Assembly: GCA_964016885.1 (NCBI GenBank)
Contig: OZ024761.1
Coordinates: forward strand, 25,916,001-25,980,000
DNA from: Eledone cirrhosa
Lineage: Eukaryota
DNA length: 64,000 nucleotides
Direction: 5' to 3'
Below are positions 1 through 14,161 of this stretch, piece by piece. The translations under genes and the position numbers were made by a program. The notes beneath the pieces are model-generated. The model searched no databases, had not been told where the DNA came from, and saw nothing but the letters and a program-made list of their open reading frames with translations. Numbering within the stretch: the first letter of the stretch is position 1; every line of letters starts with the position of its first letter.

Positions 1-58
1 TAGCTTCAGAAGATCCTGTTAAGGGTGAAAGCAGCGATTCTTTGCTTATATTAATAAA
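1..58 (+). mobile_element. PLE-type terminal repeat fragment (family P1) with decayed hammerhead (CAGAAGA...GAAA)
   Basis: Matches 41805-41878 and the reverse complement of 13373-13400 and 62352-62406. Core CAGAAGA at 7-13 and GAAA at 27-30; the 3' strand of stem I is lost. Confidence 0.6.
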
Positions 59-66
59 TGTATATA

Positions 67-166
67 TAGGAACGATCGACTTTCATCAAATCGGACCGAG
101 GAAACGATGTTTCCATTGGTCTTTCCAATTGTAATACTATCTATCGGTCGCAACTCCAGGTAGAAG
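67..166 (-). repeat. Dispersed repeat family Q
   Basis: Reverse complement of 4882-4982 (caattggaaagaccaatggaaac...ctcggtccgatttgacgaaagtcgatcg); partial copy at 60393-60437. Confidence 0.75.
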
Positions 167-278
167 GAGCAACATGAAATAAAGTGTCTTGCTCAAGGAT
201 ATAATGTATCGCCCTCTCTGGGAATCGAACTCACAACCTCACGATTGTGAATCCAATTATCTAACCACTCAGCCACAC
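165..278 (-). mobile_element. tRNA-type SINE family B, head region
   Basis: ggagcaacatgaaataaagtgtcttgctcaagga...gggaatcgaactcacaacc...ctaaccactcagccac. The reverse strand has A-box-like (tggctgagtggttag) and B-box-like (gttcgattccc) motifs; homologous to 43555-43670. Confidence 0.8.
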
Positions 279-1348
279 AGAGAGTATGTGTGTGTGTGTC
301 TTTGTGTCTATCTGTATGTGGTATATGTACGTGTATGTCTTTGGAGTTGTCTGTCTACATGTGTGTTTGCGTATGTATTTTATTGAGCTCCATACCAAAC
401 CAGAATAGTATTTCCTTCTACCACAACCACGAAGACAGCGGCGGTGGCGACTCCGGGCGGGAGAGCAAAAATTGAGATAACTGCATTACTTAAAAAACCC
501 AAAATATGGAACCTCTTTAACGAAACGACGCCAGTAAATTTTGTCCAGACTCTTTATCGATTCTAAGAACTTATCCTGTGAAAATCCGTTAACAGTATAG
601 TCAAATTGAAGAAAACTAAGCGTGATGTAATTTTGCCTAGTGTTGCAGTTTATCCCCTACGGTGAAATACCGTTACAATAGCAGTAAATTTCAATGCAAG
701 TGTTATGTAATCCCAGTCTTGTATTAAGCACATTTTAAACATTGGACAGTTATGTTTCATTAATTTAAAATTAAATCTGTCAACTGTAGAGTAAATTGTT
801 AAATTACCTTTAAAGTACAAGAGAACTAACGCGCATAAATACGGATGGCCAATATATTATATCCAACTCAATTTAGTTATTCCAATCTCTCTCTTTTTCT
901 AGTACTCGCACACACACACGCTCTCTCTTTCTATCTATCTATCTATCTCTCTCACACTACTTTTTTCTCTCTTTTCATCTTCCCCGCTTTATCTCATTCT
1001 CTTTTCTCTTTCGTTCTTTCTCTCTCTATATATATATATGGGGTGGGGTGAATATATATTTATATATATATGAATCTATTGTTGTTTGAGATTCTTTTTC
1101 TCCGTTTGGAATTCGTACATTTTCTATAAAGATTTTCTAAGTATCCTGCGCTTCGATAGGCATTTATATAAATACATACATACATACATACATACATACA
1201 TACGTGTGTGGGGGGGGGGTATGTGTGTGTGTGTGTGTGTGTTTGGTGTGTGAGGGAGGGGTTTGTTTGTACTCACAAATCACATGATATAAAAATAATA
1301 CAAAATATAACATATACGTGGAGATTAATATGAATGTTTTTCGTAGCA

Positions 1349-1471
1349 ACTGAAGCACTGAAGCGTTGGTTGGAGAAAATCCAGAGGCAGAACAGCAGAA
1401 TAATCCACAAGCATGGCTACATGGATCATGCATCTGCACACACTACTGAGCAAAGAACCTCCTCTCCCTGA
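1349..1471 (+). mobile_element. Possible decayed Dong/R4-like non-LTR 3' end (alternatively a terminal exon)
   Basis: TEALKRWLEKIQ... and, in a shifted frame, PQAWLHGS, resembling RWLKKIG...LQKACLLGT at 20403. Preceded by tttttcgtag. Confidence 0.3.
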
Positions 1472-1659
1472 AAAAACAAGGATTTCTAGGCATGCTGTGT
1501 TCTCTAATTGCGGTCTTCTTATAGTGAACACACGAAATCTCTTTACACACAGACAAATACAAATATAAGTATATATGTTTACACATATACACATATAGAC
1601 ATATACACACATACATACGCAAGGGTTTAAACAATCTCTCTCTCTCTATCTATGATTCT

Positions 1660-1935
1660 AAGAGGATGGGCTGGAATATTCATAGGTTGGCTATGAATGA
1701 GTGATGCTGGAGCTGTGAAATCTTGCATGCAATAATTTCAACTATTTTTTATTAAGAACTGCATCATTTTTTTCCAGGGACTATGTTGAAAAATAAACCT
1801 CATTTGGTTATTCCATGAGAATATCTTGGTCAATCTATGAAGGAATAACGCTAGGGCTATGAAATCTTGCATGCATTAATTTTCACCTAATTTTATTAAG
1901 AACTCCATAGGGTTTTCTTTATAAGTGGTCTTCAT
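1660..1935. mobile_element. Decayed Tc1/mariner-like MITE with internal partial duplication
   Basis: cataggttggct near the start is matched inversely by ggtcaatctatg at about 1828-1839. tgaaatcttgcatgca...ttttattaagaact occurs twice (about 1716 and 1860). Confidence 0.4.
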
Positions 1936-2226
1936 GAGTTTACATTAAGCAAGTCATAGTTTGATTTCCACAAAAGAAAATTAATGAATACAACAATAAA
2001 ATCATAATAAAACGTTTATTCGCGCTCTGAGGGAAATTTGGCTGTTATTTTTAACAACCACATTGACACCATGAGTGTACGTACCTAGTGACCAAGTCAC
2101 AATTGCAAGCAATTCATACTAAAATGTAATCAAGTACGTAACAGATGGATTGGATAAGCACTTGTATTAAGATAGGACATATTGTGTTATCTGTCCACAC
2201 CAAATGTGTAATATTGGAGGAAGAAC

Positions 2227-2258
<32 letters not shown>

Positions 2259-2480
2259 CCATGTATATATATGAATACGTGTGTGGGTGTGTGGTCGCGT
2301 GTCATCTATATATGTCTATCTCTCACACAAAGTCTCTCTCAATATATAGATATAGATGTGTGTGTATATATATATAGAGAGAGAGCGAGAGAGAGAGAGA
2401 GAGAGGAGAGTTAGATAGATAGATATAGGGAGAGATACGTGCATACACACACATGCAACCAACTACCACACGTGTATGTA

Positions 2481-2535
<55 letters not shown>

Positions 2536-2585
2536 TTATACACACACACATATATATACACATATATATATATATATATATATAC

Positions 2586-2625
<40 letters not shown>

Positions 2626-3174
2626 ATATATACACACACACGCGAAATGTCAACAAGGGAAAGCAACGCATAAATACAGATAGAGTGTGAGAGAAAGAAA
2701 GAAGTAACATTGCTACAGAATTCTTCAGGTTATTGGCTTATATCCAACGCAATCAATGGCACAAAACGATACTGGAATTAGTTTTAAGCCTTGTTAAACA
2801 CCCTTTTCAATATACATGAATACGAAATCAACGGACTACTTATAAAATCTGCTCCGTTTCTACTCGAAGCTACTTGTCAAGTTATGGCATTCGGCGGTAT
2901 TGAAGATGATTTCTATATGGAATATGAGATGAGATGCGAAAAGGTAGACATGTAAATAATCTTTGGAGGAGAAAGTTATTACTATGATGTGAAATATATG
3001 AAGTTGGGGAAGATGAGGTACGTAGGTTTGTGCCGAGGAATTCTCAGAATAAAGGAAAGATGAAATAGGATTACGCTTAAGCGATGAATATATGCACAAA
3101 ACACACTGGCGTAGAAACGATAAAACACACACACACTAACAAACAAACTAAAGTGGAAGTGTATATATATATAT

Positions 3175-3386
3175 GAAAAGAGTCAAGATCCCGACGGCTG
3201 AGCTCTGGCCGTTTCAACAGCTAGATCCGAACTAAGCCATCATACTGATGGCTTAGATCGGAACTGGTTGTCGAAACTAGCCGTCGGCGTCCTGGTTTTT
3301 TTACATATTACCCATTCTACTACCCTAAGTATTGAGTACTCTGGTACGTTATGGTTAACCTGGCATCTTACCACGCCCTCTTTGTT
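3175..3386 (+). mobile_element. Fold-back PLE-derived element, family H
   Basis: Inverted arms around a ccatca-tac-tgatgg centre, then the family tail tattaccca..ctactaccctaagtattgagtactctggt.cgttatgg...cttaccac. Flanked by (TA)n. Confidence 0.75.
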
Positions 3387-3651
3387 ATATATATATATTC
3401 AGATGATTTGATCAGAGGCATACTCTGTATTTAAGGTCGAGTGACACAATTTCGAGTAATTAGCGGCCTTTAGACTCACCTGATCAATGAAACAATTGTA
3501 TATACTGTAAATAAAACCCTTTTTGTACAGCTGACCATGTTATTCTTCACTCTTTCACTATATATATATATATACACATATTTATGTCTGTGTGTGTTAT
3601 GTATTTCTGTAGAAAAGGTAAAGGAAAAAAGTGCTCTATGCATTGTACAGA

Positions 3652-3686
<35 letters not shown>

Positions 3687-3878
3687 GAGGGTGTTAAAGT
3701 TTGCTGGAAGCATTGTGAAATGTGTAAAATACGTAGTTTAGAAAGCCACAACAATGCAGAGGGAAATCTCGAGGTAGGAAGTGAATGATAGATAGGAGAA
3801 ATAGGATAAAGTGAAAATTGAGAGAGACAAAGATGAAAACAAAACAAAGGTAGAAGGGTTACCGTAGTGGAGATTCAA

Positions 3879-3914
3879 TCCCAATATTTCGGACTCACGC
3901 CCATCAACGGGGGA
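3879..3914 (-). ncRNA. Decayed minimal type I hammerhead ribozyme
   Basis: Minus strand reads tccc CCGTTGA t gggc-gtga-gtcc GAAA ta TT ggga. Stems I and II pair and stem III is palindromic (AATATT), but the core differs from CUGANGA at two positions. Confidence 0.45.
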
Positions 3915-3982
3915 AAGTTCCAAAAGGGGGGGGAAACAGGCTAAGCGGAGAAAGTTGTGATGTCGTTAAAACAGGAATGCCG

Positions 3983-4029
<47 letters not shown>

Positions 4030-4345
4030 TATAAATATATACAGCAATGAAAACATCTTGCGAAGTCAAAAATACTAGTGACTTCGAAGTTACATAGCTG
4101 TTCTTTTTTAACTACAGCCAAGACAAATGTAAATATATATCATTCGATATATCTTTCAGTTTTGATCAATACCTTTCTGATTATTACCTTGGTAATCAAC
4201 TCACTTCCATTGAACGGCTTTCGAAACAAACAAACGGAGTTTTCTATGTATATTTGTAGCAAATATACCCCATTCTCTCATATATACCCCATATATAAAT
4301 GTATATTTATATCTGAATTTAGACTATATATATATATATATATAG

Positions 4346-4592
4346 CAAGACACTTTATTTCACGTTGCTCCAGTTTACTCAGCTGTAGAAATGAGATGTT
4401 AGGGAATGGGGTCTCTATCATTCCACTGTAAAGTGGTCGTGGAGGTGCCACAGCAAAAAAAGCACCCAGCACTCACTGTAAATGAGGTTGCTGTTAGGAA
4501 GGGCATCCAGCTGTAGAAATCAAGCCAGAATCAGTTCCTGTCCCATCCTTGCAAGCAGGGAAAAAGCGGACGTAAAAGGAAATGAATGAAAA
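4346..4592 (+). mobile_element. SINE family B body with RTE-like tail
   Basis: caagacactttatttcacgttgctccagtttactcagctgtagaaatgag is the reverse complement of 43532-43585. Followed by aggaagggcatccagctgtagaa...gcggacgtaaaag. Confidence 0.65.
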
Positions 4593-4614
4593 TGATATAT
4601 ATTTATATTTGTAT

Positions 4615-4772
4615 TTTTAATCATTGGTCAATCAATCATTAACATTGATTGCCAGCTAAATTAACTGTGGAGATATAAAAGATGGAGAAGCGAAAACCAA
4701 CCAAAGAGTGATTGTGCTTTGTTATTATTTCTGGCAATATTATAAAAATATAATCCTCCCCAATATAACATT
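4615..4772 (+). repeat. Dispersed repeat family R (probable PLE terminal repeat)
   Basis: Homologous to 62165-62305 (aacattgattgcca...gatataaaagat...gaaaaccaacc...ttattatttctggcaatattataa). Confidence 0.7.
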
Positions 4773-4881
4773 ATGTATATATATACATACACACACAATT
4801 AACGATACTATATATATATATATATATATATCAGGTGATACGTTATGTCCTTGAACAAGACACTTTCTTTCACGTTGCTCT

Positions 4882-4982
4882 TTCTACCTGAAGTTGCGAC
4901 CGATAGATAGTATTAGCAATTGGAAAGACCAATGGAAACATTGTTTCCTCGGTCCGATTTGACGAAAGTCGATCGACTTCTA
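4882..4982 (+). repeat. Dispersed repeat family Q
   Basis: Reverse complement of 67-166; ends in gacGAAAgtcgatcgacTT, a palindrome resembling a hammerhead 3' half. Confidence 0.75.
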
Positions 4983-5020
4983 TATATACAGTATATAAAT
5001 ATCGTCTGTCTCTCTCTCCC

Positions 5021-5132
5021 ATATATATATAATATATATATATAATATGTATATATATATATAATATATATAATAAATATATATATATATATAATATATA
5101 TATAATATATATAATATATATATAATATATAT

Positions 5133-5163
<31 letters not shown>

Positions 5164-5818
5164 ATATAAATATATATAATATAATATATATATATATAAT
5201 ATAATATATATATATATATATATATAATATATATATATATATAATATAATATATATATATATATAATATAATATATATATATATAATATAATATATATAT
5301 ATATATAATATAATATATATATATATATAATATAATATATATATATATATAATATAATATAATATATATATATAAAATATATATATATATATAATATAAT
5401 ATATATATATATATAATAATATATATATAATATAATATATATATATATATAATATAATATAATATATATATATAAAATATATATATATATATAATATAAT
5501 ATATATATATATATAATATAATATATATATATATATATAATATATATATATATATATAATATAATATATATATATATATAATATAATATATATATATATA
5601 TAATATAATATAATATATATATATATAATATAATATATATATATATAATATAATATATATATATATATATATATAATATATATATATAATATAATATAAT
5701 ATATATATATATATAATATAATATATATATATATATAATATAATATAATATATATATATATAATATAATATATATATATATATATATAATATATATAATA
5801 TATATATATATATATAAA

Positions 5819-5854
<36 letters not shown>

Positions 5855-6040
5855 ACATATATATATATATATATAATATATATATATATATAATATATAT
5901 AATATATATATATATATATAATATATATAATATATATATAATATATATAATATATATATATATATATATAATATATATTATATATATATAATATAATATA
6001 TATATAATATAATATATATATATAATATAATATAATATAT
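5021..6040. repeat. Compound (TA)n/TAA microsatellite
   Basis: Directly visible; almost entirely A/T. Confidence 0.95.
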
Positions 6041-6142
6041 TTCGTTTCTGAATTTGTTTAGCAAGATTCTTTATCTGAAATCGTGTGTTGAAACCGATAT
6101 TGTTATACTTTGAGAGGCACAGAAACAAAGAAAGGAATCCCC

Positions 6143-6187
6143 AGTCACTGAAGAGGTCACAGAGTGTGTGACGAAAGAACTATGACT
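6143..6187 (+). ncRNA. Minimal type I hammerhead ribozyme in a PLE-type terminal repeat (element about 6080-6334)
   Basis: agtca CTGAAGA g gtcaca-gagtg-tgtgac GAAA gaac TA tgact: stem I 5 bp, stem II 6 bp, minimal stem III. The element has an inverted match 6098-6117 / 6315-6334. Confidence 0.7.
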
Positions 6188-6334
6188 ATATATAAACAAC
6201 TATCTGGTTGTGGAACCAACCAACCAACCAGAAATTTATAAATTGATTATAAATTTATTATAATAAATTGAAGTGAAAGCACATGGTGCGTGTGTTTCTT
6301 ATTGGCAACCTGACCCTCCCAAAGTATAACAATA

Positions 6335-6883
6335 ATATAATATATATATATAATATATATAATATATAATATATATATAATATATATATAATATATATAT
6401 ATAATATAGAATATATATATAATATATATATAATATATATATAATATATATATAATATATATATAATATATATATAATATATATATAATATATATATAAT
6501 ATATATAATATATCTATAATATATATAATATATATATAATATATATATATAATATATATAATATATATATATAATATATATATAATATATATAATATATA
6601 TATATATAATATATATAATATATATAATATATATATATAATATATATATAATATATATAATATATATATATAATATATATATAATATATATAATATATAT
6701 AATATATATAATATATATAATATATATAATATATATATAATATATATATAATATATATATAATATATATAATATATATAATATATATATAATATATATAA
6801 TATATATATAATATATATAATATATATATATATATAATATAGAATATATATAATAAATATATATATATATATAATATAGAATG

Positions 6884-6914
<31 letters not shown>

Positions 6915-7316
6915 ATATATATAATATATATATATATAATATATATAAATATAATATATATATATATAATATATATATATATAATATATATATATATAAT
7001 ATATATATATATAAATATAATATATATATATATAATATATATATATATAATATATATATATATAATATATATATATATAATATATATATATATAATATAT
7101 ATATAATATATATATAATATATATAATATATATATATATATATTATATATATATATATATTTAAATATAATATATATATATATATTATAAATAAAATATA
7201 TATATATAATATATATATATATATATTATATATATATATATATTTAAATATAATATATATATATATATTATAAATAAAATATATATATATAATATATATA
7301 TATATATATTATATAT

Positions 7317-7348
<32 letters not shown>

Positions 7349-7670
7349 ATATATATATATATATAATATATATATATATATAATATATATATATAATATA
7401 TATATATAATATATATATTTATATATATATAATATATATATTTATATATATATAATATATATATATAATATATATATTTATATATATATATATATAATAT
7501 AAATATATATATATAATATAAATATATATATATAATATAAATATATATATATAATATAAATATATATATATAATATAAATATATATATATATATAATATA
7601 AATATATATATATAATATAAATATATATATATAATATAAATATATATATATAATATAAATATATATATAT

Positions 7671-7732
<62 letters not shown>
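6335..7732. repeat. Compound (TA)n/TAA microsatellite
   Basis: Directly visible. Confidence 0.95.
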
Positions 7733-7733
<1 letters not shown>

Positions 7734-7845
7734 GGGTGTCTGTGTCTAAATGGAAGCATAAATACATAAAGCGTTATTATGAAAGAGATAGAATAAAATA
7801 AAACATAACCAGTTAATCTTTTCATTCTGTTTTGTATTATTTTCG

Positions 7846-7942
7846 TTAACTTTGCCTTTCATCCTTACGGGGTCGATAAAATCAAGTACCAGTAATATAC
7901 TGGTTGATTTCTGGCCTTGTGCCTAAAGTAGAAACAATTATT
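7846..7942 (+). mobile_element. SINE family A, 3' half
   Basis: gttaactttgcctttcatccttacggggtcgataaaatcaagtaccag...ctggccttgtgcctaaagtagaaacaatta, shared with more than 10 copies in the window. Confidence 0.85.
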
Positions 7943-8100
7943 TTCATCGTAAAAAGAATATAATTTAAAACAACCTAAACTGAATTAGAATAATCTATTT
8001 TAAATTAAATGACAAATAGTACATTATTTATATGTATATATGAATATTAAGTATGCACTAATATATATAAATATGTACACATACGTACAGAGACACACAT

Positions 8101-8135
<35 letters not shown>

Positions 8136-8238
8136 AACACCCACACTTAAACGCACACACACACACACATATATATATATAAACATATGTACATATATAT
8201 GGGTCTGTGTGTTTGGATGTATGAATATATTCTATATA

Positions 8239-8269
<31 letters not shown>

Positions 8270-8350
8270 GTGCAAATTTATACGGGAACAAAACAGAGAG
8301 GCAGACAAATAAAGGTTTAGCAGGTTCACGCTTTTGAGAGGGGAGGGGGA

Positions 8351-8382
8351 ACGACGTTTCGGGCATAAGCCCTTCTACATGA
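8351..8382 (-). ncRNA. Decayed minimal hammerhead (PLE-type)
   Basis: Minus strand reads ...atgtaga a gggc-ttat-gccc GAAA cg TC gt. Stem II and GAAAcgUC are intact; the 5' core and stem I are degenerate. Confidence 0.4.
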
Positions 8383-9262
8383 GTAATAAGGTTATATATA
8401 TATACATATATATATATACATACATTGTATATATATAGATGTATTTATACATTGCATATATATAATATATATACATATATGTATATATACAGGAACATAA
8501 ATATATCCATATACATACACACATACATACAAACATACATACATACACACACACATATTTATACGGAATATACCGTGATAAATTACTTGCATTCTTACTT
8601 TATTTTTTCTTGAACCCTCCGACGGCGAATATTTATTTCAAATATTGACGTCAGACAAACGGGAAAAACTATACTATGATATAATGATATTTGATTTCGC
8701 TTAACTCATCTCTTTTGCCCTGTCATGATCATACTAAGCTTTTTTTCCCCATCAGAAATGAATGGCTGACTCAAACTTTTAAAGATACGCAATATTTTTC
8801 AGAGGAAAATGTTGTATATTTTGTAAAATTTTGTGAAATTTTCACGCACGTTAAAAATTCTATAACTGTTTATGTCACAGATAGAAAATAATATATTTCG
8901 GTGCGAAAGATGCCTCTCTTTAATTATTTATAAATTTTCAAAGCGATATCGTTTGTTTGTTTCTATATATGTATGAATGAATATATTACATATATATGTA
9001 TGTATGTATGAATGAATTTATGTAAGTATGACTATATCTATGTATGTATGTTTGTATGTAATTATGAAAGTATGTACGTGTATAGGAATGTATTATGCGT
9101 CTATGTACATATGTATGCATTATGTGTGTATGTATGTATGTATGCACGTTTTTATGTATGTAAATATGTATATATCTGTGTATATATGTATGTTTCTATA
9201 TATGTGTGCATATATAAATATCTACTTATGAAATGATTCAATGTAACAATCTCTCTCCCTCG

Positions 9263-9293
<31 letters not shown>

Positions 9294-9911
9294 GAGAGAG
9301 AGAGAGTTAGAGAGAGAAGTAAATACTCACGGACACAAATATATATATACATATTAGAAAGATCGAGTATCGAAAAATCGGCGCACGAGTTCACGATAAA
9401 CAAGATTCGAAATGAGCGGCAGAGGGCTCAATAATTCAGATGAATCAGAGCTATAACTATCGTTAAAATACCGTCACATATAGAACAAGTCTACAATCAA
9501 CCATACGATAAAAATCGATAAAGGAAGATTCGGGACAAACAGATAAAAAATATCAATAAAACAATACGTCAATAATTTAAATGAATATATATATATATAT
9601 AAAAAAAACTATTACTGTTTAAACCCAATAGTTTTATTTGTTGGTAGCGTTTGCAAAACAAGTATACATATTTTTATTCTAACAGCTTCGGTTATCAAAC
9701 TTACATGAATGAATTGAATTTCATAAAAATGTCCCTGTCAAACAGAGTTATGTATATTTATTTTTCAAAATACTTAAATACAAAATAATATATTTATTTA
9801 ATTTTGTTAAGTGTGAAACTCGGAAATTTTTAACTTAGTATGTTAAATAAATTTTTTGGTACACAGATGAACTGTCTGTCACATTTATTCATATACCTTA
9901 CTCACTTATTG

Positions 9912-9955
<44 letters not shown>

Positions 9956-10139
9956 AATTTTTAAGCTTGTTGAATCCCAACAAATTAAATATAACATCTG
10001 CATATATATATATATATAATTATATATATATATATAAGTATGTATATATATATATATATATACACACATATAAGCATGTATATATATTTATATATATACA
10101 TATATATATATACATGTGTGTGTGTGTGTGTGGGTGTGT

Positions 10140-10390
<251 letters not shown>

Positions 10391-10720
10391 CGTCAAACGC
10401 TGCTTTTAATATATAAGTTGCAGGAAATAAAATGAATTTTTTAAATATCAATAGAATTTTAGTTAATACGATGTATATGCATGAACTTTAATATAAATTT
10501 GAATGTCAATCTGAATTATATAAATGTAATACTTAGCAGACAAGATTCGAATTGACGCTGAATATAATCATTTAATAGAGAGACGTTCAGATTTCAGTGA
10601 CTAAAATTGTGTTTTAAAAGCACAAGGGAACTGTCTTCGGCCATGAAAATATCATGTTTGTCCTTCCCATGTCTTTAGAAATGATTGTTTCGGAAACGTA
10701 ACCTTCTTACATATAGATGA

Positions 10721-10797
10721 TGTCAGATGATATCTCGTAAACGGTTCCGTGATTGTTCAATCACGGAACCACGATCGTCACTGAAATATGTATCACA
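10721..10797 (+). ncRNA. Hammerhead-like fold with long stem II and CAGATGA core
   Basis: tgt CAGATGA ...ggttccgtgattg-tt-caatcacggaacc... GAAA tatgta TC aca. Perfect 13-bp inverted repeat at 10743-10770; stem III sequence is the same as at 52349. Confidence 0.45.
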
Positions 10798-10868
10798 GTT
10801 TGTTAGTAAAGACCCTTTTAACATCTACACCAAACTTCACATTTTCCTTGTTTTTTCTCTCTATGTAT

Positions 10869-10922
<54 letters not shown>

Positions 10923-11070
10923 TAAAAGGTGAACAGAAATAACAACACAATCGGTACAGCATATGGAAGGTATATATTAAGTTAACGCTTGATATATCAG
11001 GAAGAGTCCTGTAAGGTTTTAAGCAGCGACTAGAAATTCTCAAGACTGTGAGAATCGTGCACCGTAGAAA

Positions 11071-11128
<58 letters not shown>

Positions 11129-11131
<3 letters not shown>

Positions 11132-11336
11132 GAAGGAAGTGTGGTAAGTAACCAGGTGGACTATAACGGAACAAAGTACTCTATACTGGGTAGTAGAGTG
11201 GGTAATAAAAAAAGAGTCAGGGACCGAAGGCTGAACTCCGGGGTTTCGACAGCTAGGTCTGAACTAAGGCGGTAGTTCAGACCTAGCTGTCGAAACGGCT
11301 GGAGCTCAGCCGTCGGGGTTCTGTCTCTTTTCCTAT
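11129..11336 (-). mobile_element. Fold-back PLE-derived element, family H
   Basis: Tail on the left; inverted arms gtttcgacagctaggtctgaacta / tagttcagacctagctgtcgaaac; (TA)n on both sides. Confidence 0.8.
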
Positions 11337-11345
11337 ATATATATA

Positions 11346-11526
11346 ACGAAAGAAATGTGGTAAGGAACCAGATGGACTATAACGCACCAAAGTACTCAAT
11401 ACTTAGGGTAGTAGAGTGGGTAATAGGAACGAGTAGGACCCAGACGGCTGAGCTCAAGCCATTTTGGAGTCCAGAATTAACCGTCGAAACGGCTTGAGCT
11501 CAGTCGTCGGGGTCCTACTCGTTGCT

Positions 11527-11527
<1 letters not shown>
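11346..11527 (-). mobile_element. Fold-back PLE-derived element, family H
   Basis: Second copy separated from the previous one only by a short (TA)n; close match to 31639-31846. Confidence 0.8.
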
Positions 11528-11557
<30 letters not shown>

Positions 11558-11585
11558 CATAGATAGATGGATAGATAGATAGATA

Positions 11586-12063
11586 TATTTCTTTATTAGC
11601 CACAGGGGCACAAAAGAAGGGGACAAGTACAAAGGGGGAAGTTTACATACAATAAAAACGTGTAAAAATGTTATCACAAATGGAATTTAAAAAGTTAGTC
11701 GATTTTCCCCAATAGAGGGAGACAGTTTATATGGGTAACACATACCCCCGAAAAAAAATGTGCAACCCTCATCTCCAGGAGTACGAAGAGTTTGTACTCC
11801 TTTCCTCTCCTCCTCCTTTTCCTCAACCTACAGGCTGATATAGAGAGAAGGCCCATTCACTCGGGCCATTCTTGCCACTTTCACCCACCTTTCATAAAGC
11901 TTGCTGGGGTACAGCACCTCTCTCTCCATCCTGATTCTTCTTCCAAAATGGTATTTGAAAAAAGAATCAGTTGTTGGCCGGAGAGAAAGGTGTCTGACCT
12001 CAGCCCTTTCAACCTTGTCCACCATACAACCTCTTTCGCCATAGCTATCACACAAAGGAAAAC

Positions 12064-12064
<1 letters not shown>
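11586..12064 (-). mobile_element. 5'-truncated L1/Tx1-like LINE 3' end
   Basis: Minus strand encodes VIAMAKEVVWWTRLKGL...(frameshift)...ERWVKVARMARVNGPSLYISL*, then a 3' UTR ending ggctaataaagaaa. Flanked by (GATA)n; homologs at 20597 and 61414. Confidence 0.65.
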
Positions 12065-12125
<61 letters not shown>

Positions 12126-12480
12126 GATAGATAGATCCATGATTTGTTTGAGTTCCATACTCGATATCAGGGGTTCGCAACTCTCTCAGACTTGAGAATC
12201 TCAAGTCGCTGCTTAAAAACTTACGTTCTGTGAAATATATTCTCTTTTAGGCTCTTTGTTTTGTCGACAAAATTCCTGCTCGATCTCACAAATAAAGGCG
12301 TGAATTGTTGTGTGTAAGTGTACATCATTTATTGACTGTGATGATGATGTTTAAGATAATTATGAGGATGAAGATGGAGAAATTCTCAATGACATTGAAG
12401 ATTGTGATCGTCATGTTGATTTTGTTTTTACCTACCTACGTCTGCATATATTGTATACACGCGTAACTCTGTGTGGTTAC

Positions 12481-12514
<34 letters not shown>

Positions 12515-12655
12515 GGAGAGAGACAGAGAGATAGATAGATAGACAGATACTTTTTTGTATATATGCGGGTATGTATGTATATATATATATATATATATAT
12601 GTATCGGTATATATATATATAGAGAAAGAGAGAGAGAGAGAGATAGAGAGAGGGG

Positions 12656-12691
<36 letters not shown>

Positions 12692-12839
12692 TGTACACAT
12701 CTAAACACACACATCTACAAACTCCAATATATATATTTATTCATTATACATTGTTAAAATCTATATAACTTATTAAGAAGTCACGCACTTTATATACCAC
12801 CTGCATTTATTTCATATGTGGGTGTTTATGTATGTCAGT

Positions 12840-13372
<533 letters not shown>

Positions 13373-13800
13373 TTCACCCTTAACGGGATCTTCTGAAACT
13401 AACAAAATCAATCTGTAAACGCAGAACTGGATATTTCAAAAAACGTTGCAACCGGAGGAAGACAGGAAGACGATACTTTGGTTCGTGGAAACGTTCGCTG
13501 GCAAAGAACGGGAAAAAACGAATTATACGTCATTAATAGGAGCGGTGAAAAACAATTACCCGCAAAGACAGAACCACGTTTACGGTATAAAAGAGGTCGT
13601 AGACTAATTTTCTCTTAGGGGGTGCATAGAGACGTTCTCTGGCAATGAACGAAAAAACGAAGATAATAAGTCATATGTGGAGCGTGGAGAACAATAGCAC
13701 GCAAAGACAAAACAACGTAAAAGGTAAAGCAGAAGTTGTAGACTAAAATTCTAACTAGGAGACCAAATGAATCTCCGCTACAGAGTTAATAACAAAGTAA
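13373..13800 (-). mobile_element. PLE-type 3' UTR/terminal repeat, family P1, with two diverged ~140-bp internal repeats
   Basis: Reverse complement of 41583-41833. Units acgttc.ctggcaa.gaacg...gtagactaa.tt.t..tagg at about 13490-13618 and 13632-13759. Truncated at the hammerhead GAA. Confidence 0.7.
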
Positions 13801-13834
13801 ATAAATACAATACAGAAGTAATAGAAACAAATAA

Positions 13835-13885
13835 ATACATACATACATATATATACATTTATATATATATATACATATATCTATA

Positions 13886-13918
<33 letters not shown>

Positions 13919-13949
13919 CCATATATATATATATCTATATATATATATA

Positions 13950-13982
<33 letters not shown>

Positions 13983-14029
13983 ATATATATATATATCTAT
14001 ATATATATATATCTATATATATATATAGA

Positions 14030-14060
<31 letters not shown>

Positions 14061-14119
14061 CTATATATATATATATCTATATATATATATATCTATATAT
14101 ATATATATATATACATATA

Positions 14120-14161
<42 letters not shown>

